Of a stretch of 64,000 bases of DNA, positions 1-10,323 are shown in pieces (within the stretch, counting starts at the first letter, position 1; each line of letters starts with the position of its first letter). Source of the DNA: Selaginella moellendorffii (lineage: Eukaryota; Plantae; Lycopodiophyta); assembly GCF_000143415.4 (NCBI RefSeq), contig NW_003314339.1, positions 179,751 to 243,750 on the forward strand. The letters are read 5' to 3'. The position numbers and the translations under genes are program-made. The notes under the pieces are model-generated. The model was not told where the DNA came from and ran no database searches. It saw only the letters and a list, made by a program, of their open reading frames with translations.

Positions 1-927
1 GTAATCAACTCATATGTCTTCTTTTCCTCAAAATGACCATCCTCTGGATGATCATGATAATGGAATAAAACTTGAGTAATTAACACGTCCACCCATGATA
101 AATATGCACAACCATTGTAGTAGAGAATCCCATCCACCAATGAGAAAGGGGCTTCCATCTAGTCTCACAAAGAGGCCACCTCAACATCTTGAGCCTAAGC
201 ATGCTCAACCAACTGCCCAAACTCACTGACCACCATATTTAAATGATGATAAAATCATGTTTGTAATGTCATTACATGACGAACACGAGATAAAGCATCT
301 GCCACCACATTTGATTTTCCCGAACGATGCTTAATAGGAAACTCCCCAAACTCTATGATTTTGACCATCCAACGAGCTTGCCTAGTGTTCAACTCCTTTT
401 GAGTGAAAAGATACACAGGTGGTTTGTGATCTATCAACACTACAAACACTGCACCATAAAGATAGTGCCGCCACATCTGCAAAGCATGAACAATAGAGAA
501 TAACTCTTGCTTATATGTGAAATAGTGTTGCTTCACGGAATTCAAAGTTCGACTCTCATATGCAATAGGCTGTCCCTCTTGCATGAGAACTCCTCCCAGT
601 GCATAATGACTCGCATCGCATGTCACCTCATAAGGTTTCGAGGGATTAGCAATGCAAAGCACTGGAGTCTCGCTCAACAATCATTTCAGCGCCACAAAAC
701 TCTCCTCTTGTGGCTTCTTCCACTCTAATGATACATTCTTGCGTAACAACCACGTCAAAGGAATAGCCACCTCTGCAAACTTATGCTGAAAACGTCGGTA
801 GTAACTAGCCATACCAAGAAAACTGCATAACTCGGCCACTGTAGTCGGTGTAGGCCAGTTTTCCACCACAGCCACCTTCCTTGGATTCGTCTTGACACCC
901 TTAGATGTCACAATATGGCTTAGATAT
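1..927 (-). mobile_element. Ty3/gypsy pol fragment (RT thumb/connection and RNase H), disrupted
   Basis: ORF 681..911 (SFLGMASYYRRF) and ORF 255..680 (CDAS, ELFSIVHAL, DHKP, NVVADALSR), separated by a stop. Cut at 928 by a family A LTR. Confidence 0.92.
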
Positions 928-1533
928 TGTAGCGCACGTGGTTTTGACCCTTTATCCTATGGTGATTTACCATAGGATAACACCATGAAGCGGAACCTAA
1001 ACCCTCTTTGTGCCACATGACAGATGCCATGTGTCACATGCCACATGTCCAAAGGAACGTGGTGCGGAACCCAAGTTCAGGGCCTTAGGCCACTGAACGA
1101 AGGAACAGTACCAAACCCCCAAACATGGAGCCTAGGAGCAACGAAACCGAACCACGGAGCAACTCCCAAGTATATAACTCAAGGAGCGAAGGGACAGGAG
1201 GCCGGAGTGACTTTGTACAGTCCTAGAGCAACCAACATCCCAATGCTAGGACTAGCACGCAAAATGGAGTCAAACAGAGTTTGGAATTATTTTGGCATAC
1301 CAGTGGCTAACATAAGGACATGGGTACTCCACCAGCTAGCATGGAATGGAACTTGGGCTTAGACCCAAGCCAGATGCAGAACAAAGACAGGCACGCAAGC
1401 GGAAGCTATACTATGCCTCAGGTTGGTTGGCCATGCCCAACCTACCCACTATCCCTACTATACATTTGGAACCCCCCACCCCTTTGAGGAACACACGCTT
1501 TGGGCTTTCACCCCAAGCCTCCCTTAGTATCAG
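928..1533 (-). mobile_element. Partial family A LTR (U5-side ~600 bp)
   Basis: Starts TGTAGCGCACGTGG and aligns to 52281-52897 and 59515-60129. Similarity ends after CCCTTAGTATCAG. Confidence 0.9.
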
Positions 1534-2192
1534 AGCTGGGTTTACCTTCACGATTGCCACGAGCTCCTGATGCTAAGTCATGGGATCAATATTTAACAAG
1601 CATTCTTCCACTTGTCCGAGCAGAGTCTGCCAAACACTTAGGCCGCGTACAAGTGGGACAACAACAGCACTACAACTCCCATCATCGTCCACCTGCGGAG
1701 TACAAAGTGGATGATTTAGTGTTAGTCCATTTTCCCCATCTTACGGTACGTGGTTTATCTAAGGGGCTCCTTACGCAGTGGAAAGGACCGTATCGGGTGT
1801 TGTGGCAAGTTGGACCGCAAGTTTATGAGGTTTAGCATGACGTTCAGCAGGCTGATCCTCCGGAGATTGTGCATGTGTAGCGGTTAAAACGCTTCATACA
1901 AAGGGATCAGGAGCAGTTAATACCGTTTACAGATCTGCCGATGCCTCCACCTGACATTCCTCCAAATCCCGGCCCATCTACAAGAGAACCCTGACAGCCT
2001 TCCACTATTCCGAGAGGAGGGGATGATGTGAGGGCCAAATGTACGGCTACGATGCCATATACTAATATTAGCGTAGTGGGATTTTGGAAGCCGTCGGATT
2101 GGTTTCAATCCGGACCACTCGCTCCTATATATAAGCTAAGGTTTTTGGGCTAATTAATATGCACATTTCTGTATTCCCTTTCCGCACTCACA
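1526..2192 (+). mobile_element. Deleted Ty3/gypsy derivative: PBS-like 12-mer, integrase C-terminal remnant, PPT and 166-bp LTR
   Basis: TAGTATCAGAGC at ~1526; ORF 1500..1835 with WKGPYRV (GPY/F motif); PPT GAGAGGAGGGGATGA at 2012-2026; LTR 2027-2192 bounded by TGTGAG...CTCACA with an internal CTATATATAAG. Confidence 0.75.
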
Positions 2193-3044
2193 GTGGTAAC
2201 TACAAACAAATAAAAGGTTAAGAGCAATACATCACAGCCGTTGGATTAAAGGATATCTTAGAATATACCATCCAAACCGTTAGGTTTTAGTGCGGCTACG
2301 GTTTCGCGAGGTGAGAGAGACTCGGGTATTCGTCTTCCTTTGTGCAGCGGAAAGCTGCCATCTCTCGATGTTTGGGTGGCTTGAATCCCTCAGAGCTTTC
2401 CATCCGGTTGCACCCAGACAAAGGCGACGTTTTCCATCCCTTCTCTCTCAACTACACAACGGGCCTGTCGTGCCGGACTTGGGACGAGCTGGTCCAGGAG
2501 CTCAGCTGCATCTATTCTGACGCAATTGCTTCGCTCCCTGACACATCCCTTCCGGACTCCAAGACGCGGCAAAATGCGGCGATCATCCAAGGCATCCAGC
2601 CGCCCAAGGACGAAAGGGAGCCGGCTTGGATGTCGAAAACCGAAAACCGAAAGATTCCAAGGATTCAAATGAAGAAACCTCGATACCCAAAGAGCCTCAC
2701 CATGGATTTTAGACGATTCCTGGTGCCGGATAGCCACACACAAAAAAAATTCGAAAAATGGATGGATTTAACAGCAAATGAAATCAATCAAGATGTGGAC
2801 GTTAGATCTTGCTTCACCTGATATATAGAAGCGACTATGTTCAGGAAGTGAAATCTCCCATTACCAAGACAAAATATGTAGATCCTATTTTAAAAGCTTC
2901 GAAGTGATTACTGTATTGATGCTATTCGTGATGGATAAAGTAGTATCCTAAGAATTACAACGACTTCCATCATTACACCATCCAAGGCGTCGTTGCCCTC
3001 ACGAAGAACAGCTTCGGTCAAATCCCGGAGAAGAATCCAGTACC

Positions 3045-3200
3045 GTGGTTGCGAGAATGGGCATTTTGACAAGGCCGTTCACGAGATCCTGCGCAAGACC
3101 ATTGTCTGCTGGATAGCTCTCACGCAAGTTTCAACTTGAGCGCCGCCAGGAGCATGTTTGAGAGCATGAAGATGCGCACCTTGGTTTCCTGGACCACCAA
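3045..3200 (+). pseudogene. PPR gene fragment (also at 11085-11240; related to 32545-32680)
   Basis: Translates in part to CENGHFDK and ARSMFESMKMRTLVSWTT, a typical S-type PPR motif junction. Confidence 0.6.
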
Positions 3201-3253
3201 CGCTCAAAACGCTTGAAGGACAAAATCAGGAGTCAGAACCATACTCAGGTGCT

Positions 3254-3938
3254 TCAATCCCTTTCGAAAGCTTCCACAGTCAGACCGTTTGCTTCTACAT
3301 CCCAAAGAAACCAGGGGATACCTCCAAACCATTCAAACGCCATTTCAGCAGCATTCACTCTCTGCGTTATCTCTTTGGCTTCTTCCGATCCACTCTCGTA
3401 GTCTGTCACGCGTTTCCTCCAAGAAGACACAAGAGCATCGTACTCCTGCTTTTCCCACGCAGGCAGATAGCGAGTGAACGTTGTCCGCTTGGCTTTTCTG
3501 ACATTGAACTCGTCTGGTGATGAAGCAGCAACAAGGGTTTTATTTCCAACCATCCGCCACAGATCGATGAGATGGTATCTACTTTGCTGTCCAGCATGAT
3601 CTCCTGAGGGAAGTCTTCTCTATTCACCACCCTGAGCTTGTTACCCTTGAACATCAAAACAGTCGCTCTGGACTCGTAGATCATGACCGGAAGTACCAGA
3701 CGAATGCAGATTTACCAACCCCCGAATTTCCATTCAAATGGCAGCACAACATCCACATGAACGGCACCAGGATCTTCCTGATCTCTTTGTACAACCCATC
3801 GAATATCTCCTTCAGGTACAACTTCAGAATATTGCTGTGGAATGTGGTCAGACGAGCACCTTGAGCAAGAAATTTCATCCGTTCCAGATGGAACATTGAT
3901 CCACCATGCCTGCTGAGATCTCCTAACATAGACTGCAT
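3254..3938 (-). pseudogene. Crinkler/RHS-like P-loop NTPase pseudogene, copy 1
   Basis: Three overlapping frames give LYLKEIF..LY, Walker A GNSGVGKS followed by hydrophobic AFVWYF, then VAASSP, YLPAWEKQE and FEWFGGIP. This motif order matches CRN/RHS NTPases as I recall them. Two frameshifts. Confidence 0.7.
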
Positions 3939-4606
3939 GTTCCCATATTATTGTACGTTTTAATTGAAAAGCATTTAGCTCAAGCGTTACAATGAGCTAT
4001 CCAATAAGAGCACAACTCCTTAAAATGGACATTCCAACAATGGCCTAATCTTCATTATTGAGCTTAGTCTTGGGTTCATTTTAAAAGATTGTAACCGAGC
4101 TTAGTCTTTGTACTGTGGGTTCCTTGTAAAAGATTGTAATTAGAAGCTCTATTAGCTAAAAGAGTGATGGAATCACAAGGAATCCAATCACGGTGGCGTT
4201 CTTCAGGCCACTTTAGCACACGACAATGACATCCTCAATGTTAACAATCCACCTTGCGTGTACTAGTGCTCCACGATCGGGCAAGTCTCTGCATAGGTTC
4301 ATCATTTGGCGAGGAGCCCCACGTAGCTACATGTTATAACTTATGCTCTAGCATTCTTGAGGCCAGTTTCGTCCTACTAGATGGTACATCCTGACAAAGA
4401 ACTTTTCTGATTTCGGAAGTGAATGTGATCTAGTCGGGAGCCATTCCTTCCAAGACCATCTCCTGGTAGAGGATCAAATTAAAGCGTGGAAGAAATTCCC
4501 AGTGAGAGCGTAGGCCTAGCAGTCCATGCGACAATGTTGTGGCACTCGGGCATTTGATCGAACATTGCCCGTGCCATGTGTGTGTCGTTTTGAGTGTAGA
4601 ACTCAT

Positions 4607-5544
4607 GCTTTTCCACGGTATGTATGGTTCTTCTCATGCTCATTTTGCTTATACTATTGTCCAGATTGCTTCATTCCTCATAGATGTATTTTCCAAGAAT
4701 GATCTTGCGGAAGCTCCCAAGCCGGTCGAACCACCGCCTCCTAAAATCATCGAGTGGGAACCATTGAGGGGCTCTTCTCCCGACGTGGATTTGCCTGGCG
4801 CAAATGGAGGCCTGTAGTTCATCAACATCCAAGGCGTGGAGTGACCACAATGCAACTTGTGATGAGACGAGTTTGTGACCTTTGTATTATGCCTTCTGCT
4901 CTTTGGAAACTTTTGAGACAGCTTGCTCTCAGCTGATTGAGTTTAAGCTCGGTCAAGGCTTTCACAAGATTGGACAATAGTGTGAAAGACAAATGCCAAA
5001 ACCATGTGTTTGAGGACAAGCTTAACTAGCTAGTTGCACCAAGATCACCACCAATTCCATGAGGTGTAACTTGTTTATGTTGAATCTAGGATTTTCCTCG
5101 AGAGCTTCCCTGGTTTATTGGATGTCTGGTGCAACCCTGGAGTTTTTTTTGCAGGTGAGTAAGCTTTCACGGTTTCAGAGCACTATATTATTGCCAAGAA
5201 AAGGCATCAAAAGTTGGAGCAGGATTTGAAAGGATCAAAACCTATGGACCTCCAAGCTTTGACAACCAAGTGAAGAGTAGATGGGACCAGGGTGCCTGGA
5301 TCAAATCAAACTCGAGCTCAGACAAGCCATCTTCCACGACAATACCTTAAACGGCTGTTGCTGGTTCTTGTTGCAGCATACTTACGCTTTGTTTCTCAAA
5401 AGTAGCCTTTGCATCAGCTGCTTGTCAGATTGAGACGAAGAGTCCACCCATTTTGTTTGCCATGGCCTCGCCAGAGCATGGAGCAAGTGAGAGTTTCATT
5501 CCATCGAGAAGAGAATGGTTTCTTTCTTGAGCTTGACTGCAGCA
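4607..5544. repeat. Dispersed direct repeat, paralogous to 8021-8779; gene-like fragment of unknown function
   Basis: Long shared blocks such as CAAATGGAGGCCTGTAGTTCATCAACATCCAAGGCGTGG and GGTGCCTGGATCAAATCAAACTCGAGCTCAGACAAGCC, with several indels. Confidence 0.85.
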
Positions 5545-5759
5545 GATTTTTCTAGACATGCAAAACGAAAGAAATCTTATAAAACCCACCTTGCATATGT
5601 CTCATGAATAAGTTCGGACTTTTCAGGAGTATCGGTGGGCCTCAAGCTCCTCTTTGTTTATAAATTGTTTATAAATGTAAATGCTCTTGTGCAGGAAGCT
5701 TATGAATACTTCTTATGAAAAGCACCTCAACTCTTGTATCCATTTTCGTGGCTCGATTT

Positions 5760-6640
5760 TGGTAGCATCTGTAATGTTATGCGGCTGTAGAGTGGCTGTT
5801 GCCTGATGCATTCTTGAAACACTTTGCTCTCTTTAACAGAAGAAACAGTCTGTTGTAACACACAAAGCTTAGACATTTTTCACCCCAAAAGGAAAGAAAT
5901 ATACCTTGAGGTATAGCCTGAAGCCGTGTCCCACAACTTGACGCCCAAGGAAGTTAATCGCCCAAGGAAGTTAATCACCCATGTCGGAACAAGGTCGAGC
6001 TTAAGGTCCAGGTGCATTACTGCTCTGTAAAAGAAGTAGTGACTATCTTAAGAAGAAAACAAAAAAAAAAAAAGAAACTAATAGTGTACCTTATGTAGCA
6101 TTTCTCGTCGCTAATCTTCTGGAGGATGAATCCACCGTTGGCTTCCATGCGAATGACGCCCTCTTTTGGAGGAGGCAAATGAGAAGCATTAAAACCATGG
6201 ATGGTCTCCTTGACGATAGTCTCTGCTTCCTGGGGGACCTGGCAAATCACCACCATTGGAGTGAATAAAATAACAAAAGAGGCACAGTGATTGATAGCTT
6301 AACTGTTCGCAAGCAGCCAACCACGGCATCCAATTCAGGTAGCTCCAGTTCGAAAGACGTGACCAGCATTTCTCTTGTCGCAAATGGCCATGGAACCTTG
6401 CACCTGGCAAGAGCTTGTAGAATTTAAACGCGGGACAGAGGACCACCATCGCTGTGGCTTTTGGATTGATCAGCAGGGCACAAGGGATATACGTTGCAGT
6501 GAAAGCATTGCTTTCCCACAGTTCATCTTTCGCCCTTTTTGCTCTAAATACTCTTGTTGTGGACAGCCACCTTTTGGCCCCGAGTACTTTCCATGCATTG
6601 CCCCCTCTTCTTCACACAGGGTGTGACTTGAAATTTCATG
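5760..6640 (-). pseudogene. START/Bet v1-like lipid-binding domain gene with introns, frameshifted
   Basis: Exon remnants KVPWPFATREML, VIRMEANGGFILQKISDEKCYIR (then a GT..AG intron ~6088-6021) and MHLDLKLDLVPTWVINFLGRQVVGHGFRLYLK. A 17-bp tandem duplication at 5942-5975 breaks the frame. Confidence 0.7.
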
Positions 6641-7249
6641 GATTTTTTCTTGTTGCTGCTAGGAACAAGCATCAAACTTGGATAGAACACGACAAGAAAG
6701 CCCCTTGATGAAATCTCAAGCTCCCCAGGATTTGAAAGAACAGAGAAGTACCTCCAGCCTTGTACTCTTAACTTTGCTGCTAATCAAGAGTGTGCCTGGA
6801 TCAATTTAATCTTCAATGCTCAAACAAGCCATCTTCGGACATTCAGTCGTTGGATGCAGGGAAACCTTGTTTCTCAAAAGAAGAAAAGGTAGGTTATCCC
6901 AGGGATTCAGTGGTGAAATCTTCATTCCATAATGGTTGAGCTTCACAACCGCAGAAAGGATGACAGCCTTATAAAACGTTGCTTAGAAATGAGCGAGAGC
7001 TTACGCCGTTATGGTGAAGGTATGATATACGTTAAGAAGCAATTAGTGTCCGATTTGGACGGGAACCTGATGGCCGGATATCTGGCTAGAATAAACAAAT
7101 ATATTGGCAGGGTCACAGGTTCGAATCCACAGCCAGAGACCCAATCAAATTTTTTTTGCAACGCTTCTCCCTCCTTTGCATTTTGCAAGCTACTGTGATC
7201 AGAGTGAGCTCTTCTGCCTGCAGTCATCTACTTGTCGTCCATAGCCCAA

Positions 7250-7720
7250 GACTACAGCATGTCCACGATCATGGAACACTTAAGATGCTTGGTGGATCTG
7301 CTGGGGAGATCTGGGAAGCTAGACGAGGCCAGTGTCGAGCCAAATTTCAGCGCTGGAGAATGAAAGAGTGGGGAAAAGTCTGATGCTAGTGCAGCTCCAA
7401 CCATTCTTCTCAATCCCTGTCGATTACACTCGAAGGAATGTCCCCGAATGAGGCTCGAATGTGCTCTTGGCACAAGTGATCCAGGCCACAGAGTCGACTA
7501 GCGCGTGGATCTCCCCCGGATCGGCATTGATAGCTGCCAAGAGAAATAACTGGATGCTCGAAAAAAGAGTAACAAGGGCAAATGCCGCAATTGCAATCTT
7601 CCACGAGAAAGAACCTCGATCTTTCATCTTCTGGAAGATTTCCAGCGCCCGCACTTTCCATACCTTTCTATGACCAGATTAGCAAGGAACCTCGAGGCCG
7701 CTGGAGACGATTTTCCTCAT
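7250..7720 (-). pseudogene. Degraded PLS-type PPR gene
   Basis: RALEIFQKMKDRGSFSWKIAIAAFA and CSMIVDML resemble PPR S and S2 motifs; multiple frameshifts. Confidence 0.55.
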
Positions 7721-8020
7721 GGATGCGCCTTCCCCCTCCCAGATCTGTGCTCACCGCATTCTCGCCCAGGCGCCCACCGCTGGAGATCGCTCCTCCTTCC
7801 TGCAAATCTTTGCTGGATGGCACCTCCTCGTCAAGGCTCAAGAACGATGCCATGGAAAACCACCGCCATTGCCATTATACGCTACTGCTGCACATTTTCG
7901 ATCCAGGGGGCTCTTTACCCGGGCGGTCTGCTGCTGCCAGGCGTGCTCTATGAGTCGAGCAGCATGGTCTTTCTTCTCAGTCTCAGACCTCTTCAAACTA
8001 GGCTCACATGCACAAGCACT

Positions 8021-8779
8021 GCTTTTCCGCGGTATGTATGGTTCTTCTCGTGCTCATTTTGTTTATACTCTTGTCCAGTCCAGATCGCTTCATTCCTCGT
8101 CTTCGCCACCCTTTGGCCTCGAGCATTTTCCAAGATCAAATGGAGGCCTGTAGTTCATCAACATCCAAGGCGTGGAGTGACCACAACGCAACTTGTGATG
8201 AGATGAGTTGGTGACCTGGTATATGCTTTTTGTGTTATGCCATCTGCTCTTTGGAAACTTTTGAGAAAGCTTGCTCTGAGCTGATTGAGTTTGAGCTTGG
8301 TCAAGGCTCTCACAGGTTTATTGGATCTCTGGTGCAACCCTGGAGTTTTGTTTGCGGGTGAGTAAGCTTTCACGGTTTCAGAGCAATATATTATATTATT
8401 GCCAAGAGAAGGCATCAAAACTTGGAGCTCCAGAGTCTCACGCCCCGAGGATTTGAAAGGATCCAAACCTATGGACCTCCAGCTTGGACAACCAAGTGAA
8501 GAATAGATTCCCGGGACCATGGTGCCTGGATCAAATCAAACTCGAGCTCAGACAAGCCATCTTCCAGAACAATATCTTAAACGGATGTTGCTGGTTCTTG
8601 TTGCAGCATACTTATACTTTGTTTCTCAAAAATAGCTTCTGCATCAGCTGCTTGCTCAGATTGAGATGCAGAGTCCATCCAACCCGTTTTGTTTGCCATG
8701 GCCTCGCCAGAGCATGGAGAAAGTGAGAGTTTCATTCCATCGAGAAGAGAATGGTTTCTTTCTTGAGCTTGACAGCAGC
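8021..8779. repeat. Dispersed direct repeat, paralogous to 4607-5544
   Basis: Shared blocks as listed for 4607-5544. The adjacent 8835-8972 also repeats 7020-7157. Confidence 0.85.
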
Positions 8780-9129
8780 AACGCGCTGCGCGCCATGTGC
8801 CCACAAAACGAAAATCTCTTGCGCCGCTGTTTACATTATGGTATACGTTAAGAAGCAATTAGTGTAGACTTTGGACGGGAACCTGATGGCCGGATATCTG
8901 GCTAGAATAAAAAAATATATTGGCAAGGTCACAGGTTCGAACCCACAGCCAGAGACCCAATCAAATTTTTTTGTATGAACGAGGGATTTCTCTTCTCCGC
9001 AAAGTCGCTCTCGGCAGCGTTGCTGGAGCTAAATCTTCTCTCGTGCCGATCCCCCCGAATGATCCACGCCGCCGCGCCGGGTTCAGGCTCTTGGATCGCG
9101 CGATACTCCCTTTCGCTGGCAAATGCGAG

Positions 9130-9480
9130 CAGCAAGAACAGGGCATTCGATCGATGCGGCGTCAATCTTGTTCGATTAGGAGTTCCGTGATCGTCTCCTG
9201 GAACGCGATGGTGACCGGGCATCCCGCATCCGAGAGTGAGAGTCTATGTTTGATTGCGTCTCAGAGCGCCATGGAACTCGATGATAATGGCGCTCGCGCA
9301 GCAGGGGCAAATTGTGGCAGCGAAATCGAGCTTGGGCAAAAACGCCGGGCAAGGATCTGGTGTCCTGGACGAATCTACTGCCCAGAATGACAGGACGTTC
9401 CATGGGTTCCCCTTCCAGCAGTGAATAGCAGAGGGGGGATTTGGCCACCTCCAAAGAAATCTTTGATTTCATGCCGGATG
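9130..9480 (+). pseudogene. PPR gene fragment, homologous to 32160-32450
   Basis: SVIVSWNAMVTGH and GDLATSKEIFDFMP; DNA blocks such as CCCAGAATGACAGGACGTT are shared with the 32.2-kb region. Confidence 0.6.
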
Positions 9481-10323
9481 AAGACGGTATTGATTCGGCC
9501 AGTAGCTGCTCTCCAGGATCCGCGCGTGGATCGTCTGGCCTCGCAGCCCCTGGATGTCGTCCACGTGGACAATCAGATGGATTCCAAATCTTGTTTTTCA
9601 AATAAGAGGTGCTGAAATAATATTTTGTTATCTCCCAGTGTTCATGGCTTTGTGGTTATAGCATGCACGCTGTAATGTTCTATTGTGAAGGGTTGCTGGG
9701 TTCAATTCCCATCCGCCTCGACTTTCAATTAAGAATAGTACGGTGTTAGGGTCGCCCCCTAACATGAACACTATTTTATTATTTTATTATTTTATTATTA
9801 AATTAACTGTGTTGAGTTTCTGGACCATTTTATTATTTTCCTTTTTCTTAACACTATACAATTTACTAGTGAGAGTGGCTCTCCTCAAAATCTCACCTAA
9901 GATTAACTGTGTTGTTAAGTTGGTACTAGATCATAGTAAAGAAGCAAAACCAAACTTGTAATCAATGGAATCCATTATTACAGACTTAAACAAACAGATC
10001 ATTAAAAAGTATTAACTTAGGTGCATCTCCACTGTACTCATGCAATCAAATTTTGTGGAAGGGAAGATATATATTTGATTTGCTCCAGTAGCACACAAAC
10101 AGCACAAACATGCCATTGAGCTTACCAATTCGATCATATATACCAAACTCTCATCAGTTGTCACTTCAGCATAATCTATCAATCACACGCAATGTTGTGC
10201 CATTGAATTCTCAATGACCCTGCCAGCATATGCAAGCCTTCCTCACCATTTGAACAAGAAAGATGCTAGACAACAAGCTAGAAATAGTGAATGAGAATGA
10301 ACTTTTAAACGCAGTTTATATTA

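Larger units (their letters stand above)
2193..4873. repeat. Segmental duplication, copy 1 (copy 2 at 10324-12812)
   Basis: Near-identical sequence at offset 8040 over ~2.76-4.7 kb (about 6 substitutions seen), with local indels and a block swap near the left end. Confidence 0.95.

Noticed and set aside
2194-2205. TGGTAAC after the 166-bp LTR as a PBS
   Set aside because: The same sequence occurs at 10325 without the LTR, and the LTR is preceded by a PPT, so it is a 3' LTR.
2342-2821. HPDK motif suggesting a J-domain protein
   Set aside because: No flanking J-domain helices recognisable, and the region is rearranged in the duplicate.
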